A stretch of 64,000 bases of DNA, taken from the NCBI GenBank assembly GCA_951406725.2, contig OX597832.1, forward strand, positions 65,658,001-65,722,000, written 5' to 3'. Of this stretch, positions 29,977 to 44,794 are shown piece after piece. A program made the position numbers and the translations under genes. This DNA is from Octopus vulgaris (lineage: Eukaryota). Below the pieces are notes generated by a model that saw nothing but the letters and a program-made list of their open reading frames with translations, was not told the origin of the DNA and made no database searches. Position 1 is the first letter of the stretch. The number at the start of each line of letters is the position of its first letter.

Positions 29977-32434
29977 TATATATACATACAAACATATATA
30001 CAAACATACAAGCACGCTGACAGACAGACAGACACACATATACAAACAATATGGGATATGTACATGCATTTTTGCCATACTTTTGTATGCTTGAAATGAG
30101 CAAGGTTTTTGCTGCTCGATGTACAAATTGTTTCTAGTCGATTCTAATTAATCGCTGCGCCCAGAATATCCTAATATTAGCTTAGTAAACCTTCGCATAC
30201 GTAGTTAAATGTCCGATAAACCTATTTCTATAAGATGCAGCAGTATTTCCTTCTATATTTTTTATGGAGACATGCAGCAATAATAATGTTAACAATGATG
30301 TGTGCTTTTACTTTTCACTCGTACTTTCATACTCAAACCAAACACGTATTTCTATCTTGGATTTTATCTTGGAAAACCACATCGTATTCAAGTGGTGCCA
30401 GACACATCTGGCTTGATGAGCTTTACTGGTAGGCACTAGATAATATTTTTTTCGTGGATTGTTATATATTTCTCAATGATCTGAATGCCAGTAGTTCACA
30501 ATAGTATATCATTATACACATCGGATATTCCACTGTATTTACTGCTGACAAAAATCATTATTTGTGACAATCAGTAACAATTGCAACTTAAGCTTTTACG
30601 AATACCAGTGTGAGAAAATTGCATGTTATTCATTAGTAACTTATTGTTAAGAGATTCGAAACTTTTTATATAAATATATAGCAATGTAATCCTTGTTTTG
30701 ACGGTAATATTTTCTTTTACAGCAACTTGAGAATTAAATGGAAGCGTATTATTCCCTTTACATATATTTTTCTAATATTCACGTTCATATTAATTGAATG
30801 AACATGTCTATTTCTAATATTAGATTCGGAGTTTTTTTCGGTATATCTTGCGCCAATTCAAAATATGTATTTTTATTTTCTTAAAATTTATAATTACTTA
30901 TAGCAGAGTATTGTAGTCTGTTGAAAGTATACGATATGCACTTTCAACGCATGTGAGGGTGGACGTACTCTTACATAAATATCCAAGTAGCTTGTTTATA
31001 GAATTGGCAAGAACTGTATTGAATTACTTAGTTAAAGTTAAGGTTTTAATTAGAAGTTATCTAACTTAAATTTTCCGCCTTAGAAATCAACTATTTTTTT
31101 CTGGTTGCTACAGGTAGTAATTGTTAGTTTTAATTCATTAGATAATTTAATTATCTCTTTTCTGAACTGACACTAATTTGTCTGTAGAGGATGTATAGAA
31201 ATTTGTATGCTATCATCGTTGTATAGGCCATATCTAATGAAAGAATTTATACCATATATGAACATATAAGCAGATTAAATTTGAAACCTTAGCTAAATTC
31301 TTTGATTTCTTGTGAATATTCGGCATATGAACATTGTGTTACTTAAAGATATGAAATGAATAGAAAAACTCTTTCTGCTGTTTAATGTATTTACTTGTAA
31401 TGTGAGGATCATGTTTAACCATTTTCAACGTTATTTATCAGTAAATGTCTAGTTATGTAAAGGTAAGAATTTATTATGTTAAGTTGTTTCTATGCGTAGA
31501 TCTTGTTCTTTCTGGGTGTTTAGAATAAGTCTCTAATGCGATGTTTTGTCAATGTGTCAACTGTAATTTATTTTGGATTAAGTGTTGAACTCCATTAAAA
31601 AAAATATTGCTAAATATTCTTAGTTGACAATAATAATACGGATTAAATGATAATGTCTCACAGTAAATGTATTGTGTTTTATTGGAATAAAAGAGCCTAA
31701 ATTTATATTCTGCTTTCGCATTTGCAATTTACATATTGTTTTTTAATCATGCATTCACGGGTGTCACATAAGAAACTTTTAAATAGTAGATGTAAAACTT
31801 CTTTTCCTCTGTGTGAAGCTATATAATTAAGAAGTTATTTATTTGAGAGTGTGGGCAACAAGACATTAAGCGGTCGATACGGAAACCATAGCTGGAAAAT
31901 GTTTTATGGCCATTTTTGAAATGTTTCATAGAAGGAATATCTCCGCAACATATCAGTGAATTCAACTTAATGTCTTAAAGTAATACTAGGATTATTACAG
32001 TAAAGATTATCTTATTTAGATATTTATGCAGATGGCATTACTGTTCTTGTTCCATGTTTCAATGTATGTCAGAGGACTTATTTAAACTAGAAGGCAAAAT
32101 GAAAATTATTAATCCCAATTTGTTACATCGGCAATAACTTTGCTGGTTATAAACAAACTTGCAGCATGATTAGAATGCACGTCAACTGATGTTTCACATT
32201 ATACATGACATATCTAAATACACATTTCACTACAATCCCTTATAAACAGGCCCCTGCGTACGTCTTTTGCTACAATATAGAAAGATATGTCGTTGAACTA
32301 TATATATATACGACCATGCACGTACAGTCAAAAACAAACAGCTAAAGTGGTTAAGATACTCTCACACAAAAGTCTACGTAAATAAGAAGACATATTTATA
32401 AGTGTATGAAATCATGCATTTATGCAAATTTCTA

Positions 32435-32494
<60 letters not shown>

Positions 32495-32829
32495 CATAAA
32501 CGGATCGGCTGCTTCCTTCACTGGTCCTGGTCAAATTGATGTACACACATCTGATGTGAGGTCCACACTGATTGAATATTTTCAGAAACGTATTACAGAT
32601 ATATCTCTACAGATCTACTTTTACATATCTCAGTCACCCTATGCATTTTCTATTACTGTCGGCCTCCTCAAATATTAAATACGACGTTCCATAGCTGTCT
32701 CCTAACAAAACCTAATTGATTCTACCCTAATTGTCCCTTTCACCCCACCCCCACCATTTGCTGTGGCCAGCTCTGCAAGTTGTTGATATGCTACTATTTT
32801 TGCTGCTGTTGTTATTGTGCTGCTAATAG

Positions 32830-33410
32830 TGATGGCGACGGTGTCGGCTGTAGTGGTGATTCCCTTGGCTGTGGTCAAAATACTTTGAACTTATTTGTGT
32901 CCCCGCACAAGTGATATCTCGGCCTGCTGCCCTCAACAATCACATGCAGGTTTGTGCCGTGTGGTAGGTTTATAACGCCCATGATAGCCTTGACACTTGG
33001 CTGATCTGCCTGTATTAACAACTGTATATGATGTCCTAATCAGTTCTGCTTCTGTATTCTTACGCTTTATCTTCTATGTCTGAGAACCGCTGGCACCAAC
33101 CAACGGATGTTGACTTCTAGTGCTATATTTAATATTCATTCTGATCTTAAACAGTAAGGTAAATGGTGAAGTGGATGTGTTCATCTTTCGTTAGTGTGGT
33201 TGGTCAGTAATTTTTGACCTCTTTCTCTGAGGCAAACCTCGTAGTTCCATATGTTTTCCTCCTGACTATATAGGTATTGCGCTTCCAAATTGATCGCAGT
33301 CATTTTTCTGCTGGTGTGTTGCCTACTGTATTCTTCTACTTCTTTTCCCAATAATTTTATGACGAAGTGTCCGCAAATTAATTTCTTGATGGACAGATCT
33401 ACAGACATTT
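32830..33410 (-). mobile_element. Possible degenerate LINE ORF1 (gag-like, zinc knuckle) fragment
   Basis: Minus-strand VKAIMGVINLPHGTNLHVIVEGSRPRYHLCGD resembles the VEGRRP-C-x2-C motif of LINE ORF1 proteins. Confidence 0.4.
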
Positions 33411-33536
33411 AGTGCTACATTTCATCCACATTTCTCTAACGTACATTTTTAACAAACCTGACGTGTTTCTTAAATCCATATTTAGCCACTAAAAACTACA
33501 GACGGAAACAACCAACCAGCACTCTCAGGTACTGGT

Positions 33537-33624
<88 letters not shown>

Positions 33625-34884
33625 GTATGTATGTATGTATATATAACGATAAAGATATACCACATATAACTTAGTGTGACTATGTAAATAACAGCAAATG
33701 CCGGCGTGCATATAATTCATCGTGTCTATAGTTTTGTGCACATATACACACATGTGCCTGTATCTAGATTTATGTACAAAGTACTCACATAGAATATGCA
33801 TACGTAAGCGAATGTGTGCATGCGTTTCTCTCTGTGCATACGTAATAGATATACGAATATAAATTCTCTCGAAATGGAGATTTGTTTGTTTTTATAAATT
33901 TCTTTTTGCTTTTATAAATATTTATTTTTATGTTATAAATATATAATATTAGCACTAACAAGGTAGAGTAGAACATCCAAGATAAATATGATATAATTCA
34001 TATTTATATAATTCATTCATAGCTATTTTTTCAACACATGCTTAGTTTTCACGTTTTTTCACGGACGATAAAAGATGCAGTGATAGTTATTCTAATCAAA
34101 CATATATCAGGTGCAATTGAGATGTGTACATTTGTTTCATACTCAAAGCGATTACATGATTTATAAAACATTTTAGCACAAATATCATTTATTCAATAAT
34201 GAGCAATCAACGATAAGCTTAATGAATTTAGCTTGAAGTTCATAACTCATTCGAAGTGAAAACGAAGCAAATGGTAAATACATCCAGTTCTATTCATACG
34301 GAAATATACGGTTATTTTGAAATCATTCGCGAGTGGTTTTCGAATTTTCGAAGACTAAGTTACCATCATATTCCCCACACGAAATCCGATCAAGCAATTT
34401 TCAGTGGCGTGCTTAAATAATAGCTAAATATCTGACGTGCAAGCCATGTGTATTCTGAGATTGAAGTTTATTTTACAAAACATTTGTATTGATTATATCT
34501 TCTTAACTGCATGTCTTCTTTGATTCGTGTTGCATTCACGTTTTGGCGTTCAAGTCGGGAATCAAATATCAATCACTCTCATTGCTTACCTACTTTAAAA
34601 AAAGTGGAATTGGATAGGGGAAATTTACTGTCATAATTCTAAGCACCTAATGTTTGTAATGAACAGATGCTGTGACCAGTATTTCAATAGTGATATTTAT
34701 GGATTTCTTCTATCTCCGCTTCTGTATATTCTGTATATAAACGCCCACACCAAAGCAATTGATCCATTCACCAGCAGTGTATTAAAATATAAAATTGATA
34801 ATATGCAGAACTTGTATTTTCTGGTTTTCTAAACTGAAGCACTACGTTTAGAGCCGTTTTCCGTATCATATTTTCACTTTCTAA

Positions 34885-35100
34885 CTCTTTACTCTTTACT
34901 CTTTTACTTGTTTCAGTCATTTGACTGCGGCCATGCTGGAGCACCGCCTTTAGTCGAGCAAATCGACCCCGGGACTTATTATTTGTAAGCCCAGTACTTA
35001 TTCTATCGGTCTCTTTTGCCGAACCGCTAATGGCGGCGACGTAAACACACCAGCATCGGTTGTCAAGCAATGCTAGCGGGACAAACACAGACACACAAAT

Positions 35101-35177
<77 letters not shown>

Positions 35178-35343
35178 TACGACAGGCTTCTTTCAGTTTC
35201 AGTCTACCAAATCCACTCACTAGGCATTGGTCGGTCCGAGGCTATAGCAGAAGACACTTTCCCAAGATGCCATGCAGTGGGACTGAACCCGGAACCATGT
35301 GGTTAGTTAGCAAGCTACTTACCACACAGCCACTCCTGCGCCT
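34885..35343 (-). mobile_element. tRNA-derived SINE family 2 (CORE-like centre), full length, internal (TA)n, LINE-derived tail
   Basis: Head GGCGCAGGAGTGGCTGTGTGGTAAG..GGGTTCAGTCCC (A/B boxes); tail GGCGGTGCTCCAGCATGGCCGCAG..TGAAACAAGTAAAAGAGTAAAGAG. Confidence 0.88.
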
Positions 35344-35695
35344 ATATCTGGTAACAATTAATCGGAATTATGATTGCAATTGAAATCTCCTGCCTAATTT
35401 TCAGCTAAATATTGTTTAGCACCTGTTCAAAATGTGCCTCACCCATATAAGTGCTACAAATATAGCAGAGCCAACACCTGCCGACGACGTTATTACTAAC
35501 ACTTACCTGAGGAACGCACAACGAACTACCCTCACATTTTCGATCTCTTTTCTCTTGTTCCATGTTAAAATTTTCTGCATGTCTACATCAGCTGCACTTA
35601 ACATTTTATGCAATTATACAATAGTGATATCGTATGCACAATGCAGTAAGAATTTGTAAGTATTCTAATTACACACACACGCACATGTAAGTGTT

Positions 35696-35763
<68 letters not shown>

Positions 35764-38700
35764 TGTGTGCGTGGGTATATACAGATACATGCATATGTAT
35801 GTACATACACAGAAACAGAAGCACACATACCCACCAACGCCCGTGCAGATACATACATACACACACACATATATCTATGTATGTCTCTCTCTCTCTCTCT
35901 CACTCTCTCTCTCCGTATATATATATACGTATGTGTGTGGAATAAATTCACTTATCATCCTGCGTACTTATCTATGTATTTATCTCAAAACTATATTTCT
36001 GATTTAAATTCACGTGGCGACAGATATCTTACTGGGAATATATTTTGTTGCCGAGTAAATACATTCTCTCTGAATTATTTACTTTCATTTATACATATTT
36101 AAGCTTACTTTAATTAAACATTCCTGTACATTTATAATTGACCTAATGTATAGATGAACGTATAATGGAGAAAAACGTGAGTGAGATTGGCGGCTTGGAA
36201 CATTTTCTTTTAGAAATATTAACATGTGTAATAATTAAAAGTATTGCGCATAAGTATTCTTAGATGTAATATTTCGAGAACATTGAGAACAATAGAATAA
36301 TACACTCCCAATAAAAGAGCTGCACAAATCTACTTTTATCTAAGTAGAAAATCTTACACATGAAAGTGCAGGTAGCCTTACACTTTCTCAAACACACACA
36401 CACACACATGCACACGCACGCATTCCACTCATATGTATACATCCCTAAAAGACAAGATTTTAAAGTGGTCGTTTTTAAAAGCTGAAATATATTAATTCTG
36501 CATATATAAATATCCGTACACTTCGTTTCTAACTTGTGTTGTACTTGTGATTTTGAATTCTGGTTGCTTGCATTTGTTGTTGTAGTGGATGTGGCAATTA
36601 TGTTAGTGGTGTTAGGTCCGTATTCAGATTTGATCCAGAGAACAACGGTTTTCCAGTCGGGATCAAATAACGTCTTTTATTTCGAACGACTAAATTGACC
36701 ACTCACATTTCGTTGCAATTAGTGTTAATCGAACGTCAACTGCAACTTAAACTAGAATTAACATAAGTCTTCGATAATCCCTTTTCATTCATAAACATTT
36801 CCCTTTTATCTCTAGTTAGTTCTACATTGTGTAATCTCCTATTTCTTTTTAAGGTGCTAGGGGTCAATTCAAAGGTACATTTATTATTTCTAGCATTTGG
36901 TACGGTCAGATAGATGCTGTTTTTCTGGATCAATTTTTGAGTGACGTGATGTTTCGTGCTCTCAAGCCTGCTAATTGAAATCAATAATGCAGTAACCTGC
37001 CGATGTTAAAGTCAATATACGTGTCTCTACCTGAACATTCTTGACAAAGGAGAAGTTGAAAAATATTCCAGGAGTAGTTCACAGTATAATCGGTGTTACG
37101 AATTTTAAAAGTGTCTCTTGTAAATTGCTTCATATTGCAATGAACTCGGAAACAATATTGCTATTTAAACATGTGTACAGATAAACATTTATTTAAATAT
37201 ACACAAAATCAATAGTGTCTCAAGCTATACTGTAATCATATTATCAATAAAATCTGTCCAAAAAGTAACAGTAGAATGCAAACGTGAAAGTATGTTCTTG
37301 AGATTATTCGGAACTGGATCAGAGCAGACGTCTGTAAAACTCCCATTCTCCACGTGTATTGAAATCAATATCCTTATTCCTTCCCTTCGCCCTGGCATAG
37401 TCAAGCAGCCAAGAAAAGACTCGTTGACAAGATTTGTAAAATTATCCCTAGTTTCATAAATAGCATTATGGTTTACAACTATATATTTATTGTAGGATAA
37501 TGTTAATACGTTTGATTTAACAAGTGTTAACTAATAAGACAATAACGAGTTAACACGAGAGCAGAATCAGAACTCTTGCAATTACAGGTTGGTATCACAA
37601 ATGATATTATATTGCACACCGGATCCTTTATGTCATGAGTTCGTTGATATCTTTGAACGATTAGTTGTTAGAGAATAAAACTGGAGCCAACCCGAGAAAG
37701 AAGCCTCAATATTTAGTAGAGTCAACAAGGTGACTGCTCCGAGATATATCGATCAAAGAGAGAATTCTTTAAAGTTAATCCGAATCATGTGAAACAAGAG
37801 ACGTTTCCGCTATTATAGACATTGGTATATTGTATGTAAGAATAAAAGACGCGCTGTGCATGGTTTTCTTATTCTGCTCCAAGGTCGATCGGCAGCTAGA
37901 GAGAAACAATGAATACGGGAGGCCACCATCAACAGAAACCTTGTTTCATTATATATTTTGTGTAATAATGTTAAATTAAAGTAACCGTTGAAATATTTGA
38001 ATTTAGGAATAAGATATTGGAATAAATCAAAGTAATAGCTGTCTTGAGAGGAGATAAAATGTGGATGAATAATTAAGGCATTTAAATACAGACAGAAGCA
38101 ACAAATACCGCCTCATCAAAATTAATTTTCCCGAATTAAACAATAAAATGAGAACAAACAGAATTTCCATTAAGATCAAGATGAGGATTGACAAAAGTGC
38201 AGGTCAGCACAAGGAGAATAATCATTTGATGTTATATTTGACAAATATGGCGACACACCGGGATATGCAGTTTCTAGCGTTATTAGAAGTTCTTCTGAGG
38301 ACCACAGATGCTACAGAATTTTATATTTTCTCAGCTGTAGATGTAGAGTAAGTATGCACAGTAATGTACCAATGTATACACATATATATGTACACGTGAT
38401 ATATTTAATTCATTCTACGATAATTTATAAATGATTATTGCTGTAGAAACGATGGGTAATAAATGGAATATATGCAACGTAGAATATAATATGAATGAAT
38501 TTTACAAAAATGTATGTACTTAACTTAGCAGGTTGAATACATTTCCTTGAATTTTAATCTTTCTTTTTAGTTTGTAGCATGGACAAATTTATTTTATTTA
38601 TTAATTTTAATGGCGAATTTTTCTCAAGAATTATATTAACATTATATGTTTGAGATTTCTATTTTTTGGTTGAAAACCTCACTTTTCATTAATTAATGTA

Positions 38701-38968
38701 GTTTGTTCAGATTCACAACTGAATATAAGAAAATAAAGAAACGAAAAGATAGTAATCTCTTAATTAAGCCATTTTTTTTTCTTTTAACACATTTATTCTG
38801 TTCAGATTTCAATGATTGGATGGAAACCATGCTGAAATAGCAATCACTAAGACTTTTTTAGTCATTCATCCTCACACACAAAGACACGCATACATACACG
38901 AATACCTACACACAAATGTATTCACAAGTGCGCACCCGGTGACCCGTACGCGTGTACAGTACATACAC

Positions 38969-39092
<124 letters not shown>

Positions 39093-40130
39093 TAATATAC
39101 GTTTATATGTGCGTAAGTGTATCTATTTATCAATCTATCTAACTGTCTGTCTATATATATATACATACACATGCATTCATACATATATATGTACCCGTGT
39201 GTATACGTATATATATAAATTCAGTGTATGTGCATGTGTATACGCTTTTCTGTGTTTACGCCGTTACAGGACAATAAAGAGTAGCCAAAGAAGTAGACAA
39301 GCACAAAGACGCCTCACACTCACAAACATAACTAGACGCACATATTTTCTATGTACACATACACTCATAAGAAGTTTCATATATAAATGTGAATCTCATG
39401 TTCTAACGCTCTGCATAACAGCTTGGGCAAGTGTCGTTAACTCAAACACGGGTGGGCGCACTATACCTGTATAACATTTTATACATAGAAATTATAATAC
39501 TGTGTTCAATGGATTGTATCTCTAATTCATATGTGCAGCTATGTCACATTGTATCACGCTGATTCTACCATTATGTAAGAATGTGCCACACTGCACGCTC
39601 TCTACAACGTGACTGTCAAGTGATTTTACGTACTCTGCTATATTTTCTTCATTTTTTCTTGCGGTATATATTACTAAATTCAAATACATAATCACACATG
39701 AATTAAAATAAATGGCTTAACACAAATCAATATATTTATGAATGTTTTGCTTCCCTCCTAGTAGCAACTAACGTAGGTAAAATATCTATATTTTTCATTA
39801 ATGAAAAATCTCTTTACCCTTTCTGTATGTCTGCCTGCTTCTCTGTCTCACTGCTTCTCTCCATCTCCCCCTCTTTCTCACCTCTTTCTGTATATATACA
39901 TATATATGTATGTATATGTATGTATTCATGTATGTAGGTACGTACTATGTTTGTATGTATGTATACGGTTATTTGATTTAACAATAGCATTAGAAATGTT
40001 TAGTTCCTATTTCTAGCAAATACGTTTTCTAAAACCCTATTCATGTTTTGTGACAATCGTAGTTTTCCTTTTTGGTAAAAGGCTCCATACGTCTGCCTAC
40101 GTTTTATATATATATATATATATATATATA

Positions 40131-40641
40131 CTCTTTTACTCTTTTACTTGTTTCAGCCATCCGGCTGAGGCCATGCTGGGGCACCGCCCTTGTTGCTACC
40201 CTCTCTAAGTCCAGTTTGCCGTGGCTGGCCACTGATCTAAGAGATAGTTTGTAGCTGCTGCCCTTAGGTTACCTTCGTACCTTGCAGTGGGTTCATCTGG
40301 GATCCCGGAAAGCAGCTTGTCTAGATGTTTTTTTAAAATGTCCACATCCGCATCATGTAGATCTCTTAGTTTTCTTGGCAGTTTGTTGAAAAGCTGAGGG
40401 CCCTTGAACCCCAGGCTATTACAGTATCTGCTCCTTACCCTGGATGTGGAAGACGGGACCTTTGGCACCACACAGTGACGTCCTGTACGGGGATTGGAAC
40501 AGCTCTCAATTCCAAAATTTGGTGCTTGTCCCTCCAGGATTTTCCATATGTATATCACTGTATATCTCTCTCGTCTTCGTTCCAAGGAGTACAAATTGAG
40601 TTCCCTAAGTCTCTCCCAATAGTTCTTTTCTTTCATGGTGG

Positions 40642-40643
<2 letters not shown>
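40131..40643 (-). mobile_element. CR1/L2-type LINE 3' fragment, (GTAAAAGA)n tail subfamily, in (TA)n
   Basis: ORF 40205..40636 [40 protein letters not shown] parallels end of ORF 46934..48280. Confidence 0.9.
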
Positions 40644-40715
<72 letters not shown>

Positions 40716-40718
<3 letters not shown>

Positions 40719-40776
40719 TGATTGATTGATTGATTCTAGTTTCAGCTTATGAGCTGTGGCCATGCTGGGGCACCGC
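40716..40776 (-). mobile_element. ~60 bp LINE 3' stub with (AATC)n tail
   Basis: Matches 46857-46906. Confidence 0.85.
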
Positions 40777-40784
40777 GTGCATGA

Positions 40785-40827
<43 letters not shown>

Positions 40828-41752
40828 TATGTCTATATACATATATATGTATATATATATTATATGCACACATATATATATATATATATATATGTATATG
40901 TGTGTGTGTGTGTAGGTATGTATGGGTAAATATATCTATGTGTATATTTATATTATAGACCATATATATTTAATATATGTGCCTTTCTTGTTGGACGCTA
41001 GGCTGCAATTTATTGCGGTGGAGATGTCTCTCTCAAAAGCCCGGGTGTCAAAAGAAATAATTGAAAGTCATAGACAAGGTAGACGACATGCTGCAGATCC
41101 CATTCAGGTTCAAGGGATGTTGATATTCGGATATTTCATCGAACCGGAGGCGAAATGAATTGCCACTCTATTACTATATACAAATAGTTTAAGTCATTTG
41201 CTGTCATAGCACAGCAGTAGCACTGCTTTAAAATTCATATTTGAATTGATATTTCCCTATGCATAGTCGTAGCCAACCACAAAATGGGTTTTAGTCATAG
41301 AAAAATATAGACAGAAATATATCATATTGTATTTTGAATTCATAAAAAGCGTAAAAAAAATGCATATAATGCTGCGGCCATAAAACGAAGGTAGGTATTT
41401 AGGAGGAATAAACAAAAGATCTACAAAAAAATCGCCCTCGTCTTTGATTATTTACTGACACAGTCTAGTCCAAACACATCTGGGATGTGAAATCCTGAAA
41501 CATAAAGGATAACATAAAATAAAAGATATTTGTCAGCCTCCCTTATCAGACAAAAACCCATTTCTATTCTTCAACGAAAATATTCACTGTCAGCAGGAGT
41601 TCTTATGCACGTTTGGTAAAGTTAAACCAAACGGAAACCAACTGATATACAAAAGTTATCGATGGTGCTACGCATATTTCTTAAGGTCTGCTCATGCATA
41701 TGTACACACACACGCACGCGCGCGCATATATTTATATATGTTTCTATATACA

Positions 41753-41788
<36 letters not shown>

Positions 41789-42249
41789 CATATATTTGTA
41801 TATATATATACAAATAAAAGTATGCACATGACAGTATATATAAGTATGTACTTATGTATGCATCTATGAATATAATATATACCCGAGTCTATATATGTAT
41901 ATATAAATATATATATATACGCACATACATACATACATACATACATACGCACACACGCACACATACGCACATGTATGTAAGCAATTTCGGATATATTCAA
42001 TTTTCAATAATAATATTTATATGATCATTCAATATTCGTAACCCCTAACAACATTCATGCGTCAACAATTCCATTATTCCCACTGACCAATCAGATTGGT
42101 GAAGTAATTTCTTTTTATTTTATTTTATTCTATTTTCTTTTTTGTGGTGAGAATCAAAATGGGATATTTATAGTATTCATATTTACTAATGCCTGATGAA
42201 CCGAAATGGGAAAATTTAATTCATAATTGTAAAGTATGAGCTACATAAT

Positions 42250-42287
<38 letters not shown>

Positions 42288-42301
42288 GGATGGAAATATT
42301 C

Positions 42302-42336
<35 letters not shown>

Positions 42337-42368
42337 TTTCACACACATACACACACATAGATTTATAA

Positions 42369-42403
<35 letters not shown>

Positions 42404-43186
42404 AGGGGGTTGTTTGTGTGACCGTGTGGAGGGTGAGGGAGGAAAAAGGGAAAGTCAAAGAAAGAGAGTAGGTGAGAGAGATTGCGAAAGAGAGAGGTGG
42501 GAAGAGAGAGAGGGAGATTTGTCAACACAAGCTAAAAGATTGTAGCCAAGAAGCTCTGTCAAATTTATTAAACACGACAGATTCTGAGGGTATATGCTCT
42601 CGCATTTGCAACTCTGCATATCTTAATTGTATGCATTTGTTAAATAGGGAACGTGGACTATTGACGAACTAAAATCTCAGTAGCATTTTCAAGGAATGTA
42701 CACGCATACACATATGCAACCCACACCCCAACATAAACTCTCTCACACACTGAAAAAACCCAGGCACACATGCATAAAAACACACTCACTCGCAAAAGCA
42801 CACACACAATCAACTTTAAAAAAAATAATACGGATGCGAGTGAACGAGGGAGATGTGTGATATTTTCCATGGACGTATACTTACGTAGCTGTATCTGCGT
42901 TCTGCATATATTATTCAATCTTTGCTGTGATGAAATGTTCTATTGAATAAGCGTAGAAGCAAAAAAATATGAAAAAAATCTTCTGAGTTTCTTATGTAAC
43001 AGAGTTCAGCATAACCCATTGCTATCCGAAGCCGCACCACACCGAACAATTCTTTATATAATACAATTGCAAGAGAAGCCATCACTGAAGCCCTTCCACA
43101 CACACCTACAAAACATAAATCCTTGCAATCTTATTTATTGCCTCGGTCGGGAAGATGCAATTACTTTTATCGTAAAAAAACAATTT

Positions 43187-43292
43187 TATTATTATTATTA
43201 TTATTATTGTTGTTTTTGTTGTTGTTGTTGTTATTATTATTATTATTATCATTATTATTTTTATTATTATTATTGTTTTTGTTGTTGTTGTT

Positions 43293-43325
<33 letters not shown>

Positions 43326-43680
43326 GTTTTTGTTGTTGTTGTTGTTGTTATTATTATTAATATTATTATCATTATTATTTTTATTATTATTATTGTTTTT
43401 GTTGTTGTTGTTATTATTATTATTAGTAGTAGTAGTATTATTATTGTTATTATTGTTGTTGTTGTTATTATTATTATTATTATTATCATTGCTGTTGTTG
43501 TTTCTGCTGTTATAGTTGTCGGCGTCATCATCGTTGTTGCTGCTTTTGTTATTGTTCTTCTTATTAACATCGTCACCATAACCACCGCCACCACCACCAC
43601 CCTCACCATCCTCCTCATCATCATCCTCAACATTGTAGTCGTCGTCGTCATCATCATCATCATAATTACTGTCGTTGTTT
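43187..43680. repeat. Compound (ATT/GTT/CAT)n microsatellite with higher-order ~120 bp duplication
   Basis: Directly visible; source of spurious ORF 43106..44002. Confidence 0.9.
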
Positions 43681-43779
43681 TGTATGTTGTTGACGTTGTT
43701 ATTATTTCTATTGATATTATTAATAATATTTTATCTGAAGGAGGTATTAAATGTATAATTTTTTTACACTTTTGTTCAA

Positions 43780-43822
<43 letters not shown>

Positions 43823-44090
43823 CATATATAAAGATCGGAAGCGAATATACTCAAGTAAAGAAATGAAAAACAAAAGTAAATAAAATAAAGGGAAAATATA
43901 TGTTCGAGAAATAACACTGTGGCGTATGAAGGGAAAGAAAATTAAATATATAGAAAATTGCCTGGTAAATTTTCCCGCCCAAATCAATAGAATAGGGCTC
44001 ATAATTTCTATAGTTCTTCAGAAAAGATTGACAACAATACATTTGAAATATATATGTGTGTGTGTGTATATAAATATAAATATGTATATG

Positions 44091-44133
<43 letters not shown>

Positions 44134-44448
44134 TTATGTATGTATTTAAGTATGTGTATAAATACTATATTATAAGATAGAATACAATGTAATACAATAT
44201 AATATATTATAATGAGATATATCATATATATCATATATTGAGTGTGTATGTGTGAGTGCGTATGCATCTGTGTCTTTATATGTATATACACATACGCGTA
44301 CGGAAACATTTACAAGTCATTATACCTAAGGATATATAGGTCTATACGTGTGTGAAGTTATATAATTACACATATTCTCATATATATACATATATATATA
44401 TGTATATATACATAATAACATGCATATATACATATCTATGAGTATGCG

Positions 44449-44479
<31 letters not shown>

Positions 44480-44653
44480 ATCCATCTATCTATCTGGATG
44501 TATATACATCTATACATATTAATATATATTGGTACATGTAATTATACAGACACATACACTTACACACATAAATACCCGTGTGTGCAATTACCTGTATATC
44601 CACACTCACGTCCAAATATTTGTATGTATATATATATATATACATACATACAT

Positions 44654-44733
<80 letters not shown>

Positions 44734-44794
44734 GTATATATATTTATATATAAACACCCATACATGCATCTATATGTGTGTTTATATCTATCTA

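Noticed and set aside
35270-35343. tRNA gene
   Set aside because: A/B boxes are the head of a SINE and continue into SINE body; no full cloverleaf supported
38148-38355. 67 aa ORF ending near a GTAAGT donor-like site as a candidate host exon
   Set aside because: No recognisable domain or acceptor support; expected by chance
42192-42222. CTGATGA...GAAA motif
   Set aside because: No stem I partner and weak stem II; likely chance
43106-44002. 298 aa ORF
   Set aside because: Composed of microsatellite-derived I/T/M/Y runs
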